DNA of 56,834 nucleotides from an uncultured cyanobacterium (GTDB lineage Bacteria > Cyanobacteriota > Cyanobacteriia > Leptolyngbyales > Leptolyngbyaceae), in the NCBI GenBank assembly GCA_963766075.1, contig CAVYAN010000081.1:1-56834 (forward strand), read 5' to 3'. The position numbers and the translations under genes are program-made. Shown piece by piece: positions 41,005 to 50,220 of the stretch; the stretch's first letter is position 1, and each line of letters opens with the position of its first letter. The notes under the pieces are model-generated. The model had not been told where the DNA came from. It did not search any database and saw nothing but the letters and a program-made list of their open reading frames with translations.

Positions 41005-41369
41005 AACAGAACTCCTCGGATGGTGACTGGGGTTTAGGGTAGGGGTGGAGTATCATTCTTCAGGAGAGCCATCGGCAAATCCGGTAGTCGGATCGGCTTG
41101 GGCGCTGAAAAACGGATTGAGTCTATCGGCGAGCGCCGTGAGGAGTATGTCCTCAAGAATCCTGCACTTAGGATAAACCCGCCATATACATTTTGAACTA
41201 TCAGTTTAGCGGCTGAATTGAGAAAATGTGATTTTCCGATTCGGTTTCCTGGCGGAATCAGCCAACGGCTGGGGTGAAATCCCGATAGAATCCCGGTAGA
41301 ATCTAAGCTATCGGAAGTGCATACGCTTTAGTATTCCCCGATCGCCGCCGCCCGCAACCTCAATCTGCC

Positions 41370-42302
41370 GTGATTTCCCCCTCTTCTGTGGTTTCATCCT
41401 CTCCATCGCCGCGATCGCCCGAAATTGCCGCCATGCCCGCCTGGTTGCGCCGTCCCCTGGGCAAAGCGAGCGAATTATCTTCCGTGCAGCAGATCATTAA
41501 GCAACGTCAGATTCACACGATTTGTGAAGAAGGACGCTGTCCCAATCGAGGTGAGTGCTACGCCCAAGGAACAGCCACGTTTTTGCTCATGGGACCGATC
41601 TGCACCCGCGCCTGTGGCTTTTGCCAAGTGGATAAGGGCCATGCGCCCATGCCCCTAGACGCCCAGGAACCGCAAAAAGTGGCGGAGGCGGTGCAGTTGC
41701 TGGGGCTGCGCTACGTGGTGCTGACTTCTGTAGCGCGGGATGATTTGCCCGATCAGGGCGCAGGCTGGTTTGTCGCGACGATGGCGGCGATTCGAGCGTT
41801 GCATCCGGTGACGCAAATCGAGGTTTTGACCCCTGATTTTTGGGGCGGTAGGAGCGATGATGCCACTGCTGAATGCCTCCAGCAGGAGCGGGTGGCCCAG
41901 ATCGTGGCAGCACAGCCCGCGTGCTACAACCACAATATTGAGACGGTGCGCCGCTTGCAAGGGCCAGTGCGACGGGGGGCCAAGTACGATCGCTCCCTCC
42001 AGGTTTTGGCCATCGTCAAACGCTTAGATCCGACCATTCCGACCAAATCGGGTTTGATGCTGGGCCATGGGGAAACCGAAGCGGAAATTCTGGAGGCGTT
42101 GACGGATTTGCGGGCGGTGGGCTGCGATCGCCTCACCCTCGGCCAATACATGCGTCCGTCTTTGGAGCATTTGCCCGTGCAGAAATATTGGACGCCAGAG
42201 GAATTTGACCATCTGGGCCAGATGGCGCGGGAGTTGGGGTTTGCCCATGTGCGATCGGGCCCCTTGGTCCGCAGTTCTTATCATGCCGGAGAGGACGTGT
42301 AA
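41370..42302 (+). CDS. lipA: Lipoyl synthase
   Basis: [28 protein letters not shown]. Confidence 0.96.
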   Translation: MISPSSVVSSSPSPRSPEIAAMPAWLRRPLGKASELSSVQQIIKQRQIHTICEEGRCPNRGECYAQGTATFLLMGPICTRACGFCQVDKGHAPMPLDAQEPQKVAEAVQLLGLRYVVLTSVARDDLPDQGAGWFVATMAAIRALHPVTQIEVLTPDFWGGRSDDATAECLQQERVAQIVAAQPACYNHNIETVRRLQGPVRRGAKYDRSLQVLAIVKRLDPTIPTKSGLMLGHGETEAEILEALTDLRAVGCDRLTLGQYMRPSLEHLPVQKYWTPEEFDHLGQMARELGFAHVRSGPLVRSSYHAGEDV

Positions 42303-42336
42303 GTACTGGGAATTCCCGGGTTACGAATTATCCGGG

Positions 42337-43227
42337 TTATAGGGTGCCCTTGAAGAGTCCTTGGGGGCGGAAGAGGAGCACCAGAACCATGATGATCAGG
42401 GCGACTCCCAACTTGTATTCGGTGCGCAACCAGTAGGTACTGATTTCCTGGGTAATGCCAATGGTGAGGGCACCGGCGATCGCCCCGTAGGGATTGCCAA
42501 TACCGCCCAAAATCACGGCGGCAAACAGCGGCAAAATCAAAAACCAGCCCATGTTGGGGCGGACGGCCTCCACCAGACCCAGCATGCTGCCGCCTAGAGC
42601 CGTCATGCCACCCGCAATCACCCAGGTCCAAATCACGACGCGATCTACGTTGATACCCGTGACGCGGGCCAGGTCAATATCATCGGCCACGGCCCGCATG
42701 GCCTTGCCAATGCGGGTATTTTGCAGGAAATAGTGCAGGGTGGCGATCGCCCCCACCGCCAGCAGCGTCACCAACAGATTGTAAAAGGGCAGGCGAATCG
42801 GACCGAGGGCGATCGCCTCAACCACGGGCAAGTCATACCGCTGGTTACTGCCCCCCCAGACCAAAATGATGCCATTGCGGATAAACAGCGCCAGCCCAAT
42901 GGAAATAATAATAAGTGTCGTCGCCGTAGCCCGCTGACGCCGCATGGGCGACCAGATAAGTTTCTCACTGAGCAATACAAAGCCCACGGTCACCGTCGCC
43001 CCAATCGCCATGGACAGCACCACATTTGCCTCACGGGAAATGGGCAACCCCGCCAGCACCGCGTTCGCCAGCAGCGTCATGTAAGCGCCCAGGGTCATCA
43101 GATCGCCATGGGCAAAGTTGGACAGCCGTAAAATGCCATAGGTCAGCGTTAATCCGACGGAGGCGAGGGCAATAATGCTACCGACGGAGATGCCATTAAA
43201 AAACAGTTGAATCAGTTGGGAGTCCAT
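42337..43227 (-). CDS. Branched-chain/neutral amino acid ABC permease (LivH/NatD-like)
   Basis: GLTLTYGILRLSNFAHGD, GKAMRAVADD, VILGGIG. Confidence 0.9.
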   Translation of the reverse strand: MDSQLIQLFFNGISVGSIIALASVGLTLTYGILRLSNFAHGDLMTLGAYMTLLANAVLAGLPISREANVVLSMAIGATVTVGFVLLSEKLIWSPMRRQRATATTLIIISIGLALFIRNGIILVWGGSNQRYDLPVVEAIALGPIRLPFYNLLVTLLAVGAIATLHYFLQNTRIGKAMRAVADDIDLARVTGINVDRVVIWTWVIAGGMTALGGSMLGLVEAVRPNMGWFLILPLFAAVILGGIGNPYGAIAGALTIGITQEISTYWLRTEYKLGVALIIMVLVLLFRPQGLFKGTL

Positions 43228-43340
43228 GATGCTGGAGTGGGATGCAAGGGTGGAGCAGGGGCAGGCGTGAATCCGGAAAGCCGGGTGCCAGGGGCGCGAC
43301 AGCGGAATTACTCGAAAATCATTCGAAAATTACTCGGAAA

Positions 43341-43826
43341 TTACTGCGCCAGTTCGCGCTCGATTGCACTAATCAACTCGCTAGACTCTGGAGAAACGCT
43401 ACTTGGATAACGAGCCACGACTTCACCGTGCTTATTCACCAAAAATTTCTCGAAGTTCCAGCCCACATCGCCCTGGGGAGCCACCGCTTGGGTGAGACGG
43501 GCGTAGAGCGGATGCTGCTGGGGGCCTTTGGCATGGACCTTATCAAACATCGGGAAGGTCACGCCGTAGCGGGTTTCGCAGAATGTTTGGATTTCGGCAT
43601 TGCTGCCCGGTTCCTGCATGCCGTAGTCATTGCAGGGAAACCCCAACACCCGCAGGCCAGTGGCACTGTATTTTTGATTTAGGGCTTCTAAGCCCTTGTA
43701 CTGGGGAGTGTAGCCACACTGGGAGGCCACATTGACAATCAAAAGAACCTGTCCCGCGTAATCGCCAAGGGACTTTTCAGCGCCGTCAATGGTCTTGACG
43801 GTAATATCAGTAACGGTTTGACTCAT
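43341..43826 (-). CDS. gpx: Glutathione peroxidase family protein (Cys active site)
   Basis: VNVASQCGYTPQY, GFPCN, WNFEKFL; start at MSQT 43826. Confidence 0.92.
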   Translation of the reverse strand: MSQTVTDITVKTIDGAEKSLGDYAGQVLLIVNVASQCGYTPQYKGLEALNQKYSATGLRVLGFPCNDYGMQEPGSNAEIQTFCETRYGVTFPMFDKVHAKGPQQHPLYARLTQAVAPQGDVGWNFEKFLVNKHGEVVARYPSSVSPESSELISAIERELAQ

Positions 43827-44072
43827 GCGTGCCGGAAGTAATGGAGCACTCCCTATAGTACAGGCAATTTTTCGGATTTCACTGATAGACCACTTCAGTC
43901 CTCGATTAGGGCGCACTCGAGGGCTGATCCGTAGTTGCTGATGAACGTCACGAGGGTGTTGTCCAATCGGTTGCATTCAGGCCAGATGGTAACCCGTTGA
44001 CCTACACTTCTACAGACCATCGTTCAAGCCAAACGCGCTGCTAGAATGGCAATAGATGAGAGAGTGACTAGA

Positions 44073-44267
44073 ATGCCTACGGCAGCTCAATTAGAGAGTT
44101 TATACCGCGTTGGATACCAACTGACATATCTCATGTTTCAACCGATTCACCTTATTTGTGTGAATATCCGGACTCGTAATGTGTACATTTTAGCCGGATA
44201 TGAAGAAGAGCTTGAGTTCCAAGTTTTACCGAATGGGGAGTTTGCTGATGAGCCAAGTAAACTATAG
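44073..44267 (+). CDS. Small cyanobacterial protein, DUF6888-like
   Basis: MPT..Q...Y.LT...QPIHL...RT.NVYILAG....F.V.PNG pattern. Confidence 0.65.
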   Translation: MPTAAQLESLYRVGYQLTYLMFQPIHLICVNIRTRNVYILAGYEEELEFQVLPNGEFADEPSKL

Positions 44268-44502
44268 CGCCATGACCAATGCTGAATTAAAGCAATATTT
44301 TCTCAAGCATCGCGGCGATCGCGCTGCTTTTCAAGCCTACTTAGACAGACTCAATGAGCGTCCACTCAGGGTCATTGCCAGCCCTAGTGATCCTGATTTT
44401 GACGATAAAGTTCAAGCAGCCATTCGCCAAAAATTAGAAGCCGCAAGAGTTAGCCGCAGCCAGCGGTCTAATCGGGGATGGGAAACAACTGACCCAGAGT
44501 GA
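44248..44502 (+). CDS. Small cyanobacterial protein, DUF6887-like
   Basis: NYSAMTNAELKQYFLKHR.D..AF.AY.DR; overlaps the upstream gene. Confidence 0.65.
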   Translation: MSQVNYSAMTNAELKQYFLKHRGDRAAFQAYLDRLNERPLRVIASPSDPDFDDKVQAAIRQKLEAARVSRSQRSNRGWETTDPE

Positions 44503-44542
44503 TCTACGGGAGTCAGTGAAGTTGATTTGCCGCAGATCAACT

Positions 44543-46381
44543 TCACTGATAGCCTGCTGCCTGTAGGGCAAACAGGTGGGCATAGCGGCCATTGGCAGCC
44601 AGTAGTTCAGCGTGGCTACCGCGTTCTTGAATTTTGCCCTCGGCGAGGACCACAATTTGGTCCGCCATCCGCACCGTAGAAAAGCGGTGGGAAATCAAAA
44701 TCGCCATCTGGTTAGGGGTGAGCGATCGCACATGGTCAAACACCTGCATTTCCGCCTCGGGATCCATGGCGGAGGTGGGTTCATCCAGGACTAAGAGATC
44801 GGCGCGATCGCGCATAAAGGCCCGGGACAGCGCAATTTTTTGCCACTGGCCACCGGACAGTTCCCGCCCATCCTTGAACCAACGGCCCAGGCGAGTCTGG
44901 TAGCGATCGGGCAACGACTCAATCAGGGCTAGGGCGCTCCCCCGCCTCGCTGCGCGCTGCCAGCGGTCTTGATCCGCCAAATGGGTCACATCCCCCGCCC
45001 CGATGTTTTCGCCCACGGTGAATTGGTAGCGGACAAAGTTCTGAAAAATCACGCCAATCCGCTGCCGCAGGGTATCCACCTGCCACTCTTGTAGATCCAG
45101 GCCATCCAGCAAAATGCGCCCCGCATCGGGATCATAGAGGCGCGTCAGCAGCTTGATCAGCGTGGTTTTACCCGAACCGTTTTCGCCGACGATCGCCAAC
45201 TTTTCCCCCGGACGCAAATGTAACGACACCTGCCACAGAGAAGGCGTATCACTGCCGGGATAGGTAAAACAGACTCCCTCAAACCGCAGACCGTCTCCGG
45301 GCTGCGGCCCCTGGAGCGCATGGCCCACAGGGGGTGGAATGTCTTCCTCCAAAAATTCGTAGAGATTGGACAGATACAGACTGTCTTCATACAAGCCACT
45401 GATGGCACTGAGGATAGAGGCCACCGTGGTTTGCCCTTGACGAAACACAACCAAATACATGGTCAGGTCACCTAGGGAAATGGTGCGGGCGATCGCCGAC
45501 AGCACAATCCACAGATACGCGCCGTAAAACGCCCCCGTACTGACCGTGCCCAACCCATAGCTCCACAGGCTACGCCGCACCGTCAAATTACGATCTTCTC
45601 GGTAGAACTGCTGAAAAATGCCCCGGTGCCGATCCAGCAGCATCGGTCCCAGTTGATACAGCTTCACCTCCTTGGCAAAATCTTCCCGCGCCACCAGCGT
45701 TTCCAAATAACTCTGCTCCCGCCATTCCGGTGCCCGCCGCTGCGACACCCGAAAGGCCTGCCCCGCAAACCGGGTTTCAGCTAAAAAGGCGGGTAGGGCC
45801 GCCCCAATCAGCACCACCACCGCCCAACCGGAAAACTTCAGCAACAAGCCTGCATAGGTCAGTAAAGCTAGGGAATCCTGCACCAGGCTAAAGGTACGAC
45901 CTACCAGCGCCAGGGGCCGACTCGAGGCTTCGCGGCGAGCACGGGTCATCTTGTCATAAAACTCGGCATCCTCAAAATGCTTCAGATCCAAAGTCAAAGC
46001 CTTTTCCAGAATCAGCACGTTCACTTTTTGGCCGAGCAGTGCCCGCAGCAACGCTTGACAAAGGGCCAAGCCCTGCTTACTAGCCGCAAGCAAAATCACT
46101 GCCACCGCTTCCAGCAGCAAGTTGTGAAACGCTTGCCACTGATGGGTGACCAGTCCCGTTTGGGTGGCTAAGACCACACTATCGACAATCAGCTTGCCCA
46201 CATAGGCAATCCAGGCAGGGAGCAATCCAGCAATCAAGGTAAAGCCCGCAATGGCCAGAGTCAGACGACGGTTGGTGCTCCACACCAAGGCCACAGCCCG
46301 CCCGCAGTATTGGTAGATGGCCAGGGATTGGCGGAGGCGATTGCCCTGCCGCTGCAAAAAAGAGAGGATCGGTTGAGTCAT
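44543..46381 (-). CDS. ABC transporter, fused permease/ATPase (exporter)
   Basis: TM domain plus GENGSGKTT, LSGGQWQK, LDEPT, ISHR. Confidence 0.93.
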   Translation of the reverse strand: MTQPILSFLQRQGNRLRQSLAIYQYCGRAVALVWSTNRRLTLAIAGFTLIAGLLPAWIAYVGKLIVDSVVLATQTGLVTHQWQAFHNLLLEAVAVILLAASKQGLALCQALLRALLGQKVNVLILEKALTLDLKHFEDAEFYDKMTRARREASSRPLALVGRTFSLVQDSLALLTYAGLLLKFSGWAVVVLIGAALPAFLAETRFAGQAFRVSQRRAPEWREQSYLETLVAREDFAKEVKLYQLGPMLLDRHRGIFQQFYREDRNLTVRRSLWSYGLGTVSTGAFYGAYLWIVLSAIARTISLGDLTMYLVVFRQGQTTVASILSAISGLYEDSLYLSNLYEFLEEDIPPPVGHALQGPQPGDGLRFEGVCFTYPGSDTPSLWQVSLHLRPGEKLAIVGENGSGKTTLIKLLTRLYDPDAGRILLDGLDLQEWQVDTLRQRIGVIFQNFVRYQFTVGENIGAGDVTHLADQDRWQRAARRGSALALIESLPDRYQTRLGRWFKDGRELSGGQWQKIALSRAFMRDRADLLVLDEPTSAMDPEAEMQVFDHVRSLTPNQMAILISHRFSTVRMADQIVVLAEGKIQERGSHAELLAANGRYAHLFALQAAGYQ

Positions 46382-46443
46382 GGTTCTACCATAGCGAATG
46401 GCCCGACTCCTGATCCCCTCCCCGCTCTCCCCGCCTCTCCCAC

Positions 46444-47604
46444 CTAACGGCTCGCTGAACTCACTTGAAGGACTGGGTAATCCGTATAACCCTGGGCATC
46501 TCCCCCATAGAAGGTGTCACGATTGTAGGGATTCAGGGGCACATTCAGCGCAAAGCGCTGGGCCAAGTCGGGATTGGAAATGTACAGCCTGCCGTAGGCC
46601 ACAAAATCGGCATCACCAGCCTGCAACGTGGCCTCGCCCGTATAACGGTTGTGTCCCCCCGCACTAATCAGTGCGCCGCGATAGAGAGTACGGAAATAGG
46701 TGGTACTCAGGGCCATATCCGGATTTTCCACGGTTTCATTCGCTTGAACACGGGGTTCCACAATATGCACATAGGCCAGATTTAGCGGGTCAAGCTGCTG
46801 CACTACATAAGTGAAGAGGGCCTGGGGATCGCTGTCGGCCATGCTGCCAAAGGTGCCACTGGGAGAAAGGCGCACACCGACGCGATCGCTGCCCCAGACT
46901 TCAACCACTGCCGCCATCACTTCTAGCAGTAAACGGGCTCGGTTGGCGATCGACCCACCATAGTCATCTTGACGCTGATTAGAACCATCATGCAAAAATT
47001 GATCCAGTAAGTAGCCATTGGCGCTATGCACCTCAACCCCATCAAAGCCTGCGGCCATGGCATTCTGCGCAGCTTGGCGATAATCGGCAATGATACCGGG
47101 AATTTCGGCAGTTTCTAGGGCGCGCGGAATCACATAGGGTTGTGGCCCGGTGAATGTGGCGGCATCGCCGGCAGGGGCGATCGCGCTGGGCGCAACGGGC
47201 AATGCCCCATTGGGCTGAAAACAAGGATGGGAGACGCGCCCCACGTGCCACAGTTGTAGAAAGATCCGTCCTCCCTCTTCATGCACAGCGTGAGTGACGA
47301 GTTGCCAACCGGCAATTTGTTCGGCACTGTGAATGCCGGGGGTAAAGGGATAGCCCTGTCCCTGGGGCGAAATTTGCGTGGCTTCCGTGATAATCAACCC
47401 TGCCGAACTGCGCTGGCGATAATATTCCGCGTTTAGGGCGTTCGGTACATTGCCTGCGCTGGCCCGGTTGCGGGTTAGGGGGGCCATCACGAGGCGATTT
47501 TTCAGAGAGTACGGGCCAAGTTGACTGGGTTCAAGCAGTTTTAAGCTAGGACTCACGAGATTACTCCACGGGGTGAAAGGTGAATTGGATCGGGCAATGG
47601 CCAA
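46444..47604 (-). CDS. nemA: Alkene reductase (old yellow enzyme, NemA-like)
   Basis: MAPLTRNRA, QLWHVGR, EVHSANGYLLDQF, GYTDYP; start may be GTG at 47556. Confidence 0.9.
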   Translation of the reverse strand: MAIARSNSPFTPWSNLVSPSLKLLEPSQLGPYSLKNRLVMAPLTRNRASAGNVPNALNAEYYRQRSSAGLIITEATQISPQGQGYPFTPGIHSAEQIAGWQLVTHAVHEEGGRIFLQLWHVGRVSHPCFQPNGALPVAPSAIAPAGDAATFTGPQPYVIPRALETAEIPGIIADYRQAAQNAMAAGFDGVEVHSANGYLLDQFLHDGSNQRQDDYGGSIANRARLLLEVMAAVVEVWGSDRVGVRLSPSGTFGSMADSDPQALFTYVVQQLDPLNLAYVHIVEPRVQANETVENPDMALSTTYFRTLYRGALISAGGHNRYTGEATLQAGDADFVAYGRLYISNPDLAQRFALNVPLNPYNRDTFYGGDAQGYTDYPVLQVSSASR

Positions 47605-47680
47605 GAGGCTAACATCCCTGCAATGGAATGCAATCTATCTAACTGAAGATCTATCTAACTGAAGATCTGTATTTCAATTA

Positions 47681-47695
47681 TTCGAGATTATCGAA
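47681..47695. promoter_or_regulatory. Palindromic operator in the nemA/ArsR-family divergon
   Basis: TTCGA-GATTA-TCGAA between the divergent genes. Confidence 0.55.
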
Positions 47696-47755
47696 CAATA
47701 AGACTTTAACAATCTCTGTGCGATAATGCAAGCAACTGTTTCGTCTGCCTGAGCC

Positions 47756-48085
47756 ATGCGCCCGCTGTATCATCCTCAACGCGAAGATATTTCCTTAGTG
47801 GGAGTTCTTTATGCCCTGGGGGATCCGGTGCGGTTACAGATCGTGCGGCAGTTGGCGGCGGCGGGAGAACTCACCTGCTCGGAGCTAGATTGTGCCGTAG
47901 CCAAGTCCACGATGTCGCACCATTTCAAAATTTTGCGGGAGTCTGGGTTGGTCTGTACACGCAAGGAAGGTACTCAGCATATTAATACCCTGCGCGTATC
48001 TGACATTGATGCCCTTTATCCAGGACTCCTGACGATTGTCCTGCGATCGCCCCATGATTTGCCCAATCTGATTTACCCAATCTGA
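47756..48085 (+). CDS. ArsR-family transcriptional regulator, divergent from nemA
   Basis: ALGDPVRLQIV, KSTMSHHFKILRESGL, YPGLL. Confidence 0.88.
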   Translation: MRPLYHPQREDISLVGVLYALGDPVRLQIVRQLAAAGELTCSELDCAVAKSTMSHHFKILRESGLVCTRKEGTQHINTLRVSDIDALYPGLLTIVLRSPHDLPNLIYPI

Positions 48086-48092
48086 TTTACCC

Positions 48093-49763
48093 TTAGATTG
48101 CTTCACAAGTTTTTTGTCGAATGGGAATCTGAATCACAAACTCAGTGCCTTTTCCGATTGCAGAAGAACACGTGAGCTGACCACCATGTTTTTCCGTAAT
48201 AATTTGATAACTGATGGACAGGCCCATCCCAGTGCCTTTTCCAACAGGCTTAGTGGTAAAGAACGGATTGAAGATGCGACGCTGAATCTGCTCGGGCATA
48301 CCAACACCATTGTCAGCGATCGCAATTTCTACCCAGTGCGTATCGATCGTGGATGTCCGAATCGTAAGCTGGTTGGGTTGGATTTTGAGTGCTTCAAAGG
48401 TTCTCTGCGTATTGTTTTCTTCTAGTGCGTCAATGGCATTGGACAAAACATTCATTAAAACCTGATTGAGTTGCCCCGCATAACACTCTACCTGAGGCAG
48501 TTTCCCATAGTCTTTGGTGACAACAATGGCGGGCCAATCTGATTGAGCTTTGAGGCGATGCTGCAAAATCAACAGCGTGCTGTCGATGCCCTCGTGAATG
48601 TCCACTGGCTTGAAATCAGCTTCATCCATGCGTGAAAAATTGCGCAGTGATAATACAATCTGACGGATGCGATCGGTTCCTAACTTGATGGAATCTAGCA
48701 TCTTAATCAGATCTTCCTGCAAAAATTCTAGGTCGATCGCCTCCGCCTCCGCTTGAATCTCTGGTGCAGCCTTGGGGTAGTATTTCTGGTACAGTCGGAT
48801 AAAGGCTAGAAGATTGTACGCATAGTCGCGAACATGGGGCAAATTGCCGTGGATGAAGTTGACGGGGTTATTAATTTCATGGGCAACGCCCGCCACCAAC
48901 TCTCCCAAACTCGACATTTTTTCACTTTGGATCAACTGTGCCTGAGTTTTCTGGAGATTCTCAAGGGTCAGTTGCAGTTGCTGGGTCTGTTCCTGCAACC
49001 GGGCTTCGGCTTGCTGCAGCCCGGTAATGAATTGTTCCTTCTCCCTAGCATCTGACTTCATCTTTTGGGCGAGCTTGTGCCCATAAATCGTCACGCCACT
49101 GACCATGATCAGCATGGCAACGGCGATCGCAAACTCATACTGACGAAACGAATCAGCAGCGACCTTTTGCTGCTGCAAGAGATGCTGTTGAATCTGACTC
49201 ACATCTCGTCGAAAGACCGCCAACGCCTGATTGACTTGGTGATATTTCCGATCCATCGTTGCCATGCGTCTGCCAGCGATGTCCGGCTGATTTTGGCGAA
49301 AATAGGAAAAAATGAGTTGGGTTTCAGCGACCATTGCTACTGCTGCTGTTTCCACAGTATCCAAGCCTTGGAGCAACTGGGTCGCCTCTGCTGGATCGAC
49401 CTGAGTTTGGAGCTCTTGTCTAATCAGGCCAACGTTTCCCTGAAAGATCGCCTGGGCAGATTCTAATTTTTTTGACTCTAGACCAACATCGTGAGAGTCG
49501 AAAATATCATTTCCGGGGGCATTGAGTGCAGAAAGAAGTTGACCTAGGTCAGAATAGGTTTCCAACCGCCCAGCCCACTGATGGTTCACTTCAACGGACT
49601 GGGCATAAATGTCCATGATCTGGTGGTTGAGGTACAGACCGCTGGAAACGGTAATTAGGTCAAAGGCAGCCAGCATGTAGTAAACATACTGCCACTTGGC
49701 GATTGAGAGCCATTGAGCAAAGGTTGGAAGTTTTTTTTGAAAAAATGTTTTTAATGTTTGCAT
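48093..49763 (-). CDS. Membrane-bound sensor histidine kinase
   Basis: Two TMs flanking a helical sensor domain; AHEINNP H-box, NAIDA, DNGVG, FFTTK..GKGTGMGL. Confidence 0.92.
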   Translation of the reverse strand: MQTLKTFFQKKLPTFAQWLSIAKWQYVYYMLAAFDLITVSSGLYLNHQIMDIYAQSVEVNHQWAGRLETYSDLGQLLSALNAPGNDIFDSHDVGLESKKLESAQAIFQGNVGLIRQELQTQVDPAEATQLLQGLDTVETAAVAMVAETQLIFSYFRQNQPDIAGRRMATMDRKYHQVNQALAVFRRDVSQIQQHLLQQQKVAADSFRQYEFAIAVAMLIMVSGVTIYGHKLAQKMKSDAREKEQFITGLQQAEARLQEQTQQLQLTLENLQKTQAQLIQSEKMSSLGELVAGVAHEINNPVNFIHGNLPHVRDYAYNLLAFIRLYQKYYPKAAPEIQAEAEAIDLEFLQEDLIKMLDSIKLGTDRIRQIVLSLRNFSRMDEADFKPVDIHEGIDSTLLILQHRLKAQSDWPAIVVTKDYGKLPQVECYAGQLNQVLMNVLSNAIDALEENNTQRTFEALKIQPNQLTIRTSTIDTHWVEIAIADNGVGMPEQIQRRIFNPFFTTKPVGKGTGMGLSISYQIITEKHGGQLTCSSAIGKGTEFVIQIPIRQKTCEAI

Positions 49764-49822
49764 GGAGACTCTAGTTACCCCTGACTTCTCGAGAAGTCAT
49801 ATCATTCATTCTTCCCATTTCA

Positions 49823-49836
49823 GTATAAAAAGTTAC
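49823..49836. promoter_or_regulatory. Candidate NtcA site
   Basis: GTA-TAAAAAGT-TAC (GTA-N8-TAC), 60 bp upstream of the kinase start. Confidence 0.4.
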
Positions 49837-50220
49837 TTCTGTATCCGTACAAAATAGTGTGTTATGAACGGGCCACCCCCCCCCTTCACATCCCCGGCAG
49901 CATCTGCTTACACCGCCCTTCGGCAAGGCAAGACCGCCTCCGCCAAAGCTGCGTACCCGCCACCAAAATTTTCGCGATCGCAGGGGTGATAGTTCAAATT
50001 GATCCGGATAAACGACAGCGACGGTTGAATACATAGCCATAAACCGACAGCAGCCCTGTCATCGGCTGACTTTTTTCGGTGGTGCTGAATAGCAGGAGGT
50101 ATTGGGATAGTGTTCCAATTTAGAGGCTCTCAAATTCGGCCCGTGATTCAGCCTGCCTAGCCTCAAACCACGGCTCTGGCAGATTTCCCGCTGTTCTTCT
50201 ATTCCAAGGTGTGAGGTTCC

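Noticed and set aside
43341..43826. Selenocysteine glutathione peroxidase
   Set aside because: The active-site codon is TGT (Cys), not TGA.
47756..48085. Second arsenic regulator
   Set aside because: It lacks the CxC metal-binding motif and forms a divergon with an old yellow enzyme; more likely a redox/electrophile-responsive ArsR-family member.
49870..50220. Riboswitch in the long leader of porin 2
   Set aside because: Hairpin-forming stretches are present but I recognised no aptamer consensus; an Infernal/Rfam scan would decide.
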